Source: Marinicella sp.
GTDB lineage: Bacteria > Pseudomonadota > Gammaproteobacteria > Xanthomonadales > Marinicellaceae
DNA length: 64,000 nucleotides
Direction: 5' to 3'
NCBI GenBank assembly: GCA_965230295.1
Contig: OZ246001.1
Span: 2,464,001 to 2,528,000, forward strand
Shown: positions 1-11,911 of the stretch, in pieces
Numbering within the stretch: position 1 is the stretch's first letter
Layout: each line of letters begins with the position of its first letter
Notes under the pieces: generated by a model
Told to the model about the DNA's origin: nothing
Database searches by the model: none
What the model saw: only the letters and a program-made list of their open reading frames with translations
Position numbers and translations under genes: made by a program

Positions 1-18
1 GGATCAATTCATTCATGG

Positions 19-417
19 TCAGGCCATCATCGCTGCGATGTATCTACCGATGTTCAGACCTGCCAGAGTCAGGATGACCAGCCAGGTAATGGCGGTGCCA
101 TAAAAGCGGCCAAAGGTGGCCCCCTTGCCATTGACCAAACCACCCGGATGAATCAGTCTACCAATCACCAAAGCAATCCCAATACCATGGAGTAGCATTT
201 GGTTGCCGCCATTTAACTCATAGGCCGCAAATAGGATTAAGGCTATGGGGATGTATTCCACGGCGTTTTGCTGTGCCCTGATGTGTCTTATTCCAACAAC
301 ATCTCCACCATCGCCAATGTCAACCCGGGATTTTCGACGAAAAACCACCACCTTATAGCACAGCCATATGATGATGAGGGCCAAAATTGAAGCATACAGA
401 CTGGTAATAGATAACAT
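19..417 (-). CDS. MAPEG family membrane protein (YecN-like)
   Basis: 132 aa with hydrophobic helices and the 'IRAQQNAVEYIP' MAPEG-type motif. Confidence 0.85.
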   Translation of the reverse strand: MLSITSLYASILALIIIWLCYKVVVFRRKSRVDIGDGGDVVGIRHIRAQQNAVEYIPIALILFAAYELNGGNQMLLHGIGIALVIGRLIHPGGLVNGKGATFGRFYGTAITWLVILTLAGLNIGRYIAAMMA

Positions 418-1263
418 TTAAATCTCCTCTTTGAGTTCTTTGACGGGGTTTATGACCGAATAACGGCCACCTTCTTGTTGTATGTGAGCGGTTGAAAGTT
501 CAGGGTCATGGGTGAAGAACAAGCGCAGGTTCTCGTCCACAACGTTGTTTAAAAACTCGGTTTTTTCATCAATCAATTGTTCAGGAAAACGGTCATAACC
601 CATTGAGATAGGTACATGTACCCAAGCCGAACCTGGGATCAGATCTGAGGCGAAAACCAAATCAGCAATTTGAGCATGCATCAATCCTGGGGTGTGGCCA
701 TGGGTGTAACTGAACAACACATCAGGACCCAGTAATTCATGGTATGTTCCACTGACCAAGTGTAAGCGGTTAGAGTCTTTCAACAAGTCATGCAGTCTCG
801 GAATGAATGAGGCTTTGTCTCTGGGGTGTGGCTTGATGGCACGTTCCCAATGGTCTGAGCCTACTAAGTATTCGGCATTGGCAAACACCAGTTGTGCATC
901 TTGTTCTGCGTTCCATGCAGTCAACATGCCACCAGCGTGATCAAAATGTAAATGGCTTAATACCACCACATCGATGTCTTCAGGTGTGAATCCAATGGCA
1001 GCTAAAGAAGTTAACAAGACATGGTGGTCTTCATAGATGCCGAAGCGCTCTTTTAGTTTGGGTTCGAAGAAGTTACCAATACCCGTTTCAAACAGTACAT
1101 TTTTACCATTCAATCCTTCAACGAGCAAAGCCCGACAGGCCAATTCCATGCGGTTGAGTTCATCCACTTCAACCCATCGAGACCACAATGCTTTGGGTGC
1201 ATTGCCAAACATCGCACCCGCATCCAGTTTTTGTCGATTGCCTTCAATTGAATGTAACTTCAT
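418..1263 (-). CDS. MBL-fold metallo-hydrolase (YtnP-like)
   Basis: HLHFDHAGG (HxHxDH) motif, GHTPG, and N-terminal 'LDAGAMFG..PK.LW'. Confidence 0.9.
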   Translation of the reverse strand: MKLHSIEGNRQKLDAGAMFGNAPKALWSRWVEVDELNRMELACRALLVEGLNGKNVLFETGIGNFFEPKLKERFGIYEDHHVLLTSLAAIGFTPEDIDVVVLSHLHFDHAGGMLTAWNAEQDAQLVFANAEYLVGSDHWERAIKPHPRDKASFIPRLHDLLKDSNRLHLVSGTYHELLGPDVLFSYTHGHTPGLMHAQIADLVFASDLIPGSAWVHVPISMGYDRFPEQLIDEKTEFLNNVVDENLRLFFTHDPELSTAHIQQEGGRYSVINPVKELKEEI

Positions 1264-1267
1264 GGGT

Positions 1268-4215
<2,948 letters not shown>

Positions 4216-4299
4216 GGGTTTGATTTATATTTAATGCCAATGGCTTGACTTTGATAGAATATGCGCCATATTTTAGCGGAATTCATCAACTTTTTAGCC

Positions 4300-5547
4300 A
4301 TGATTAAGTTTTTTAAAAGAAAAAACAACAAAAAGCAAAAAGATCAGCTTGAGAACCAGGGAGACAACCCAGGTGAAACGCTGTCCAATCAACAACCTGA
4401 AACTGCCGTTGAAAACCCGCAAGGTACTGATGCACAGCCAGCTCCTGTTGATCATCAAACCGGTCGCGATCAGTTGGCTGAGGATACCAATGTACCCATT
4501 TCTGAACGGGTGACAGAAGAGCTCGAACCTTTTATTGCTGAAGCACCTGTCGAAACCGAAACAGTCAATCAGGAGGTTGTTGAAACAGCCCAGGAGCCAG
4601 CCATTGTGGTCCCTCCTGAATTATTGGCTCAAGGTGTTGAACCCCATCAACTGACACAACAGTTGGCCAAAACCAATGAGAACTTTGGGCAAAAAATGAA
4701 GCATTTGTTCTCTTTAAAGAAAAAGATTGATGAAGACCTGTTTGAAGAATTGGAAACCACTTTACTGATGGCCGATGTGGGAGCTGCAGCTACCATGGAT
4801 GTGTTGGAAAAGGTCAGAAAATCATTGAAACGCAGGAATCTGTCAGATACGGATGCGGTTTTTACTGCACTGCAAGAACAGTTGACAGCGTTGGCCAGCG
4901 TGGTTGAACAACCCCTGGTGATTGATGACAGTAAGCAGCCATTCGTGATCCTCGTGGTTGGTGTGAACGGTGTGGGTAAGACCACCACCATTGCTAAACT
5001 GGCCCGCAAGTATAAAGGCATGGGTAAAAAAGTGATGCTCGCTGCTGGAGACACGTTCAGAGCCGCAGCGGTGGAACAACTGAAAACCTGGGGTGAACGT
5101 GAAGACATTCCGGTGATGGCGCAGAAGACAGGAGCGGACTCAGCTTCAGTGATTTATGATGCCATGAATTCGGCGAAAGCGAAAAACATTGATGTGCTGA
5201 TAGCTGATACTGCCGGTCGATTGCACACCCAGGCAAACTTGATGCAAGAACTGGAAAAAATTGCTCGTGTGATGCGCAAGAACGATGAATCGGCCCCTCA
5301 TGAGACATTGATTGTGATTGATGGTGGTACCGGTCAAAATGCCATCTCACAAGTTCGAGAATTCAACAAAGCCAATTCACTGACTGGTGTGGTGATCACC
5401 AAACTAGATGGTACCCCTAAAGGCGGTGTGTTGTTTAATTTGGCAGCAGAGTTTGGTATCCCGGTCAGGTACATTGGTGTGGGTGAAAAATCATCTGATC
5501 TGAAACCCTATCAAGCCGCTGAGTTTGTCAAAGCCATCATCGACTGA
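4300..5547 (+). CDS. ftsY: signal recognition particle receptor
   Basis: acidic N-terminus, GVNGVGKTT, DTFRAAA, DTAGR, TKLDG; start taken at MIKFF. Confidence 0.97.
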   Translation: MIKFFKRKNNKKQKDQLENQGDNPGETLSNQQPETAVENPQGTDAQPAPVDHQTGRDQLAEDTNVPISERVTEELEPFIAEAPVETETVNQEVVETAQEPAIVVPPELLAQGVEPHQLTQQLAKTNENFGQKMKHLFSLKKKIDEDLFEELETTLLMADVGAAATMDVLEKVRKSLKRRNLSDTDAVFTALQEQLTALASVVEQPLVIDDSKQPFVILVVGVNGVGKTTTIAKLARKYKGMGKKVMLAAGDTFRAAAVEQLKTWGEREDIPVMAQKTGADSASVIYDAMNSAKAKNIDVLIADTAGRLHTQANLMQELEKIARVMRKNDESAPHETLIVIDGGTGQNAISQVREFNKANSLTGVVITKLDGTPKGGVLFNLAAEFGIPVRYIGVGEKSSDLKPYQAAEFVKAIID

Positions 5548-5552
5548 ACACT

Positions 5553-6563
5553 TTGAAATTCAGTCAAAAAATCGTTCATTGGTATCACTTGCATGGGCGT
5601 AAAGATTTGCCCTGGCAACTTGAGCAAAGTACTTCACGGAAGCCCTATCACGTGTGGCTGTCAGAAATCATGTTGCAACAGACCCAAGTGGTGAAAGTCA
5701 TTGAGTATTTTGATCGTTTCATTGCGTCCTTTCCAACTTTAACAACACTTGCACAAGCAGAAGAGCATCAGGTGATGGCATTGTGGTCCGGATTGGGGTA
5801 TTACAACCGCGCCAGAAATTTACACCGGTCAGCGAAAATTTGTCTTTCAGAATATGGTGGTCAGTTACCGCATAACTTGGATGAACTGGTGTCATTACCA
5901 GGCATCGGGCGGTCTACAGCTGCAGCCATCATGTCCCTGGCTTATGGGCAACCTGAACCGATCATGGATGGCAATGTAAAAAGGGTGTTTGCCAGACATT
6001 TTTTAGTAGCAGGTGAACCCAACAAAAGCAGCACCTTGAAACAACTTTGGTCCCTGGCAGAAATGTATCGTGAAAAAACTGAGCCAGCCGCCTACACCCA
6101 AGGGTTGATGGATCTGGGTGCGATCCTGTGTACCAAACACAACCCAAAGTGTATCGATTGCCCAATCAACAACAGTTGTGAAGCCCGCAAACAAGATGTC
6201 ATCGCGGATTACCCAGAGAAAAAGAAAAAAGTTCAACAAAAGGAAGTGGACCTGTATTGTTTGCTGGTAGCCGATGGACGTCAAGTGGGTTTGAGTTTGC
6301 GGGATGAAAACAGCATCTGGCCAAGTTTATGGTTTCTACCCACATTTACATCAGAACAAAAGCTGTTGGCCAGCCATCGTCAAGCTGATAGGCAATTCAG
6401 CTTGACCCACAAACTGACACATCGTATATTGCACCTTCATGTGTATTTGGCAAGACAGTCACAGCACATCGAATTCATGGATATGGTTGATCGAAAATTG
6501 TTGGCTGAACGACCGCATCCCAAAGCTTTGATTCACATATTAAATCAACATGACAACCATTAA
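5553..6563 (+). CDS. mutY: A/G-specific adenine glycosylase
   Basis: WLSEIMLQQTQV, GLGYYNRARN, LPGIGRSTA, C-x6-C-x2-C-x5-C Fe-S motif. Confidence 0.95.
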   Translation: MKFSQKIVHWYHLHGRKDLPWQLEQSTSRKPYHVWLSEIMLQQTQVVKVIEYFDRFIASFPTLTTLAQAEEHQVMALWSGLGYYNRARNLHRSAKICLSEYGGQLPHNLDELVSLPGIGRSTAAAIMSLAYGQPEPIMDGNVKRVFARHFLVAGEPNKSSTLKQLWSLAEMYREKTEPAAYTQGLMDLGAILCTKHNPKCIDCPINNSCEARKQDVIADYPEKKKKVQQKEVDLYCLLVADGRQVGLSLRDENSIWPSLWFLPTFTSEQKLLASHRQADRQFSLTHKLTHRILHLHVYLARQSQHIEFMDMVDRKLLAERPHPKALIHILNQHDNH

Positions 6564-6828
6564 CTGCATCAAGTACGGCACTGATCAAGAGCCCATCCCA
6601 TACACCCCTTACCCTGGAGAGTTGGGTGAACGTATTCTACAAAATGTCAGTCTTAAATTCTGGCAAGATTGGCTGGCTCAACAAACCATGATCATCAATG
6701 AGAATCATTTTTCACCCATTGATCCAGATCACCGCAAAATCATTGAACAGAAGATGGTTGAATTTTTATTTGAGGGTAAGGACGTTAAACCTGAGGGTTA
6801 TGCCCCTGATGCCGGTGATGAAGCATAA
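6550..6828 (+). CDS. yggX: Fe(II)-trafficking / oxidative damage protection protein
   Basis: conserved Cys near N-terminus, YPGELG.RI, W..W...QTM.INE; follows mutY. Confidence 0.93.
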   Translation: MTTINCIKYGTDQEPIPYTPYPGELGERILQNVSLKFWQDWLAQQTMIINENHFSPIDPDHRKIIEQKMVEFLFEGKDVKPEGYAPDAGDEA

Positions 6829-6854
6829 AAATAAACAAACTTTGCATTTAAAGT

Positions 6855-6883
6855 TTGACAGTTCAGAAAGGCATTATTATAAT
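6855..6883 (+). promoter_or_regulatory. sigma70 promoter of tRNA-Phe
   Basis: TTGACA (6855-6860), 17-bp spacer, TATAAT (6878-6883), then a GC-rich discriminator. Confidence 0.85.
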
Positions 6884-6921
6884 TCGCGTTCGTTTTGAGA
6901 TGTCCTATCTCAAGGTGGTGT

Positions 6922-6997
6922 GCCCGGTTAGCTCAGTCGGTAGAGCAGGGGATTGAAAATCCCCGTGTCCGTGGTTCGATTCCGCGACCGGGCACCA
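6922..6997 (+). tRNA. tRNA-Phe(GAA)
   Basis: 76 nt cloverleaf, acceptor GCCCGGT/ACCGGGC, anticodon loop TTGAAAA, GTTCGA, CCA end. Confidence 0.98.
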
Positions 6998-7067
6998 TTT
7001 TCCTCATTCTGTGATTCTCAACATTAAACCTGTTTTTGCCTGTTTTTCCAATCTGGTCAAGTGGTGG

Positions 7068-8906
7068 TCAATTACCTTCAAAATCATCTGCGAAAATCAA
7101 GTCAGGTAATGGCGGAGGACCAATGATGTTGACTGAATAACTGTTGTCATCATTATCAATGAGGGTGGCCTGTGATGAAGTGGGTGCCTGGTCGATTTCA
7201 ATCACATAGACAAATAGCGTGCCCCATGGCTGAAAGTCATCTACCGTTGGCGGTGTCCAACTGAGTGTGTCATTGGCGGAAGAAAAAGACCAGTCGTTAT
7301 TGCTGTCGTAATCAGGGTCATTGAAATCAGTTGCTGACGGAACCTCAAGAGCAGGCAAAGAAAATGACTTGGTACCGGTGCTGAAGTCATAGTTCATCAC
7401 GCCGTATGTATAGCGAAACTTGCCACCACCCAGATCTTCGGCTTTGCTGATCACACGCATTTGCCCGAGGTCGTTATCGATCAACTCACTGGACTCCATT
7501 GAGCCCAATGAATTTGGATCAACCCAGACATCACTGACAGGTCCACTTTGGTAACCATCTGTATAGTTGAATGTCCATGATGTACCTGCACCTGTGGGAA
7601 TGACTTTTTGGTAACCCATCGAATTGAAAATGTTGATGTCATCACGGATGACATACCACGCTTCCAGGAAATATTCGGCACCGGGTGTGGTAAAGTCAGC
7701 GTTATCAACATACAACCGCCGTTCCATGGTGTTAAAGGGTATGTTGGTTAATTGTTGGGTACATGGACCTGGTGCAATGCCATTTGGCGCATAGATTGAA
7801 CCACATTGCTCCCAAGTTCCTTGATTGGCATCAACTTCTTCCCGAATACCAATCGCAGAAGGGCTGTTGTTGTTACCCACGCCATAAGTATCTGTACACA
7901 CCCCAGAATTAACAGGCGAGTTATCGGCCCATAAGATACTGCCTCCAGAGCATGTACAGCCCACGTTAACTGTAAAAAAAGCATGTTTGATGCCTGATGC
8001 GCCGAGTTGTTCTAAGCGCCCATCAACCAACCGATACATGTTCCAAATCAAGAAAGGATGTTGGTCGGCATCATAGGGGGCCGGGTATGTACCAACGGCT
8101 GATGTGGTGAATTTTTCGTACCAAGGCACGTCAGCTGTTCCCACATTGGATAAGGTGGCAGATGGGGCCATAGCGATCATGTTGCCGATCGAATTAACTT
8201 GTTGGACTTCTTCCAAGTTTATCAAAGCAACATCGGTCAGGTAGTTTACCCCGTCATGCCATTGGGCATTGGCTGCACTGCATGTGCCAGCCAACAATTC
8301 TTTGGCGTTCACTTCGGGTGGCAATTGCAGACTGCTGGTCAAATAGGCCACCCCAAAATTGAATCCAGCCAATTCAGGTCTGCCCAATGAATTGGCTGCA
8401 CTTCGGCTTAACTTGATGTCCATGTTTTTGAGGGTTAAATTGCCTTTGTCCAAGTTTACTTTAGAGTGGATATGAGTGAGGTTGAATACAACTTGTCCAC
8501 TTTGACTGACCAATTCCAAAGTCAGGTTGTTGGTACGAGTAGGTCTGATGGAAAAGTTTTTTAAGTCAATGGTCTTACCTGATGCGGTCAGCTGTAATTG
8601 ACTGGTGGTCGATAGTTCACCATTGGCATAACCATCAAATGCACCTTTGGGCGCCCAAATATATAGGTTTGACTGGTCCCTGATGTTAATCAAATGTTGA
8701 CCGTTAGAAACGGCTTTCTCTGTAGAATTAACTTCAAAGTTGAAATCACGAAAATTATCGGTATTGAACTCAAGTATAAGCTGACCACCCCATATTTCCC
8801 ACAAATCATCTGTACCCATGGAATTGCCCGAGTGAGGCGGAAGGTTGCTTCCCCAACTGAGGGAAGAAAACAGTAAGAAGAGCGTACATGGCATTAAATT
8901 TTTCAT
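7068..8906 (-). CDS. secreted Cys-containing hypothetical protein with C-terminal DLIFADDFE motif
   Basis: 612 aa, signal peptide, several Cys pairs, Pro linker then DLIFADDFEGN at the C-terminus. Confidence 0.8.
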   Translation of the reverse strand: MKNLMPCTLFLLFSSLSWGSNLPPHSGNSMGTDDLWEIWGGQLILEFNTDNFRDFNFEVNSTEKAVSNGQHLINIRDQSNLYIWAPKGAFDGYANGELSTTSQLQLTASGKTIDLKNFSIRPTRTNNLTLELVSQSGQVVFNLTHIHSKVNLDKGNLTLKNMDIKLSRSAANSLGRPELAGFNFGVAYLTSSLQLPPEVNAKELLAGTCSAANAQWHDGVNYLTDVALINLEEVQQVNSIGNMIAMAPSATLSNVGTADVPWYEKFTTSAVGTYPAPYDADQHPFLIWNMYRLVDGRLEQLGASGIKHAFFTVNVGCTCSGGSILWADNSPVNSGVCTDTYGVGNNNSPSAIGIREEVDANQGTWEQCGSIYAPNGIAPGPCTQQLTNIPFNTMERRLYVDNADFTTPGAEYFLEAWYVIRDDINIFNSMGYQKVIPTGAGTSWTFNYTDGYQSGPVSDVWVDPNSLGSMESSELIDNDLGQMRVISKAEDLGGGKFRYTYGVMNYDFSTGTKSFSLPALEVPSATDFNDPDYDSNNDWSFSSANDTLSWTPPTVDDFQPWGTLFVYVIEIDQAPTSSQATLIDNDDNSYSVNIIGPPPLPDLIFADDFEGN

Positions 8907-9297
8907 TAGCTACCTCAAGCAATTTAATCAAATTTATTTATTTAATTATTTACCTGGGCTGTCCTAGAAGATCTTGAATGTACATATACAATGGTAAATA
9001 TGGATTCTGTGCATTGCACAGAAGCTGATCTCCTATAAATTATACTATAAGAATATTTTATTTTGGATTGAAATACGCCTGAATGTGAACTGGTTAAAAA
9101 TTTAGATTTGCCAGGAGTGAGAATTGGCCTTTGTGACGAAGTATGTGGATGATATGTGCGTCAGGTCGCAGTTTTGAGTGTGGTTTTCAGCTAAGGTATT
9201 CAGCCTGAAAAAACAGGACGTGGTTTTTCATTGACACAGATTACTGTGGAAAATTTCCAATAGAGTAAACAGTCATCTGCTGGAACAACTAGATGGA

Positions 9298-11514
9298 ATG
9301 TTATTAATACTGAGTCTGGACTTGCAAACAGGTCTGAATACAATGAAGGGTGTGTCTTTAAGTAAAAAAACTGAACAGGAGCGATTGCGATTGCTCTATG
9401 CTCCCATGCTGGCCAATCAGATCATTGGTTCATTGGTGGTCACGGTTATTTTACTGATCCTTTTCTCTCAACACGTTTCCATTTGGATGTTGCTGGCATG
9501 GGGTGTGTTGGCCTTGGCTTCATTGTCATACCATGGCTATTTATACCTGGGTTTTCATCAGATAGCCGGTAATCAAAATTTTTCAACCAAACAATGGGAA
9601 CATAAATTCTTATTGGGCATTGGGTTAACGGCCAGTGTGTGGGGTTCAGCTTGCCTGTTGTTGTATGTAAAAGATTCGATTGCCCATCAAAATTATTTGG
9701 CTTTGATTATCTCTGGTATCAGTTTGGTGGCGATGAAGTTGCTTTCACCCAGTCACAAAGCCATGGCGATCTTTACGGTGCTTACCATCTTCCCGCTGAT
9801 TGTATATGCAGTTGTGGCAGGTAGTTTAATTGCCATTCCAATGATCACTTATGTATTCATTCAGATGTTTATATCATACAGTCACGGGGTGAAATTCCAA
9901 CACGACTATTACACTTCTCAGTCTTTAGAATTTGCATCAAAACAAAGAGAGCTGAAATTACGCAAAAGTGATGAACGTTACCGAACATGGTTCAAAAATA
10001 CCACCGATCCTTTGCTGTTGCTTTCAACCGATAAAGTATTAAAAGTCAATCAAGCTGCCGTTAAACTATTGGGTTACGATACGGCGACCCAACTGTTGAA
10101 AGTCAAACCTGAGAAACTGTTGAATTTACCTGTTGAAGGTGGCCGGTTAAATCAAATGCAACTCAAACAAGCCAAGCAGTCCTTGCGCGAAAATGGTTCC
10201 TGTCACTATGACAGTGAATTTTTCCAACCAGATGGATCAGAACACCACGCAGAAATCAGCCTCACCGCCATCCCATTTAAAAAAGGCAATGCTTATTTTT
10301 GTTCAATTCGAGACCTGTCAGCTCATCAAGCTGAAATGGATCAGTTGAACCAGGCCAAAATCAAGGCTGAGGCCGCAAGCCATGCCAAATCTACTTTTTA
10401 TTCTCACATCAGCCAAGCCGTTTTCACACCATTGAATGGCGTTTTGGGTCACAGTAACCTGATGTTACAACATAAAAACCTCAATCCAGACCAATTAATG
10501 CGCGGTCGGGTCATCAAACGCAGTGCTGAATCCTTATTGGGCGTATTTAATGATGTGCTGGATGTGACCAAAATGGATGCGGGTACTTTGGAACTGACTG
10601 AACGGGCATTTGACCTGAAAGCGTTGCTCGATTCATTTGTGGCCACAGCTACTGAGCGAGCAGAAGCCAAAGGTTTGGCGTTAAAGCACCACATTGACCC
10701 AGCCATGCATCCTTATTACAAAGGTGATGCCAATCGCATCACACAAATCTTGGAACAGTTGTTTTCTAATGCATTGAAGCACACCCAACAGGGAGAAATA
10801 AAGCTGTTGGCGAAAATGGTGAAAAAAAATAAAGCCGGTGCCATGTTGCGATTTGATGTGATCGATACGGGGCCAGGTGTTAGCCAGACCCAACAAAAGC
10901 ATTTGTTCGACCGTTTCAGTCAAGCCGACGGGACAGCACAGGGTCAAGTGGGCATTACCGGTCTTGGGCTGAGTTTGTCACAAGGCTTGGCACAACTGAT
11001 GGGTGGTGAAGTCGGGTATACCCAGCACAAAGGGCATGGGGCTCATTTTTGGCTGAAAGTCAGGTTATTCAAGTCTGGGGCTGTTATACCGAAACCCAAA
11101 GTTGCTGACCTTCAACAAAAAGGCATCAAAGCCTTCGATGCCAGGGTTTTGGTTGTGGACGATAACCGCACCAGCTTATTGGTGGCCAAAGGCACCTTAG
11201 AAGTTTTTGGTTTATCCATTGACTTGGTAAATTCAGGTCAAGAAGCCATCTACATGCTGCGCAAGCATGATTATGATTTGGTGTTCATGGATTGTTTGAT
11301 GCCAAAATTGGACGGGTACCAAACCACCCAAAAGATCAGGGCATTGTCCAGCAAAGTAAAGAATCCAAACATTCCTATCATTGCCATGACCTCCAACGAC
11401 CAGGAAGGAGACCGTGAAATATGTTTAGAAGCAGGTATGAATGACTACATCACCAAGCCGATTGACATTCGTGTCATACAACAAATGCTGCAGTTTTGGC
11501 TGTTGAGACAATAG
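9298..11514 (+). CDS. membrane PAS hybrid histidine kinase/receiver with degenerate H-box
   Basis: N-terminal TM helices, PAS, HATPase N/G1/F/G2 boxes (SNALKHT, DTGPG, LFDRF, GLGL), receiver VDD..FMDCLMP..KP; start may be 9343. Confidence 0.88.
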   Translation: MLLILSLDLQTGLNTMKGVSLSKKTEQERLRLLYAPMLANQIIGSLVVTVILLILFSQHVSIWMLLAWGVLALASLSYHGYLYLGFHQIAGNQNFSTKQWEHKFLLGIGLTASVWGSACLLLYVKDSIAHQNYLALIISGISLVAMKLLSPSHKAMAIFTVLTIFPLIVYAVVAGSLIAIPMITYVFIQMFISYSHGVKFQHDYYTSQSLEFASKQRELKLRKSDERYRTWFKNTTDPLLLLSTDKVLKVNQAAVKLLGYDTATQLLKVKPEKLLNLPVEGGRLNQMQLKQAKQSLRENGSCHYDSEFFQPDGSEHHAEISLTAIPFKKGNAYFCSIRDLSAHQAEMDQLNQAKIKAEAASHAKSTFYSHISQAVFTPLNGVLGHSNLMLQHKNLNPDQLMRGRVIKRSAESLLGVFNDVLDVTKMDAGTLELTERAFDLKALLDSFVATATERAEAKGLALKHHIDPAMHPYYKGDANRITQILEQLFSNALKHTQQGEIKLLAKMVKKNKAGAMLRFDVIDTGPGVSQTQQKHLFDRFSQADGTAQGQVGITGLGLSLSQGLAQLMGGEVGYTQHKGHGAHFWLKVRLFKSGAVIPKPKVADLQQKGIKAFDARVLVVDDNRTSLLVAKGTLEVFGLSIDLVNSGQEAIYMLRKHDYDLVFMDCLMPKLDGYQTTQKIRALSSKVKNPNIPIIAMTSNDQEGDREICLEAGMNDYITKPIDIRVIQQMLQFWLLRQ

Positions 11515-11540
11515 GGCTCCCAATAATCTGTATAATTGTT

Positions 11541-11826
11541 CACGGGGTTCAAAAGCAGTGTTCACCCTGATGAAACAAAGGACATGATAAAGTGTCATGG
11601 TAGAACTGTCGAACAGTTCGACCAGTGTAGGTAATGAGAGCGTGGTGGTTTACCTTATAGGTTATTAACCATACTTGAATACCGCAGTGCTTGCACTTGG
11701 TTAGGCATGCTATTAAGTAATTGCAGTTTTGCAGAGCAAAGAAGCTATTCCGTAATGGCCGATCAGTCGAGAAGTCTCGCTGAGTCAGAGAGTGCAAGTC
11801 CGTAGTAATAAGCGATGTCCGCCGTG
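11541..11826 (+). ncRNA. candidate large structured ncRNA or leader RNA, family unassigned
   Basis: TATAAT at 11531-11536; long-range pairings CACGG/CCGTG and GGACAT/ATGTCC enclose many hairpins; see findings. Confidence 0.55.
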
Positions 11827-11832
11827 GCCGCT

Positions 11833-11859
11833 TTCACTTTTGTAGAAAACAAAAGTGAA
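11833..11859. terminator. 11-bp perfect hairpin (terminator-like or processing stem)
   Basis: TTCACTTTTGT-AGAAA-ACAAAAGTGAA; no clear U-tract, so function is uncertain. Confidence 0.45.
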
Positions 11860-11911
11860 TGAAGTCCCAAGGACATTCCTTACTTGTGATCATATTTTAT
11901 GGGAGGACACA

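Noticed and set aside
6922-9297. Second island at tRNA-Phe
   Set aside because: No duplicated tRNA 3' end or integrase was seen, and composition looks host-like.
11541-11600. tmRNA/tRNA-like end (GGGGTTCAA) or hammerhead core (CTGATGA)
   Set aside because: There is no T-stem complement, CCA end or tag reading frame, and CTGATGA is not followed by stem II and a separate GAAA.
11549-11797. 82-aa minus-strand ORF
   Set aside because: It has no recognisable motif or SD, and the region is better explained by RNA structure on the + strand.
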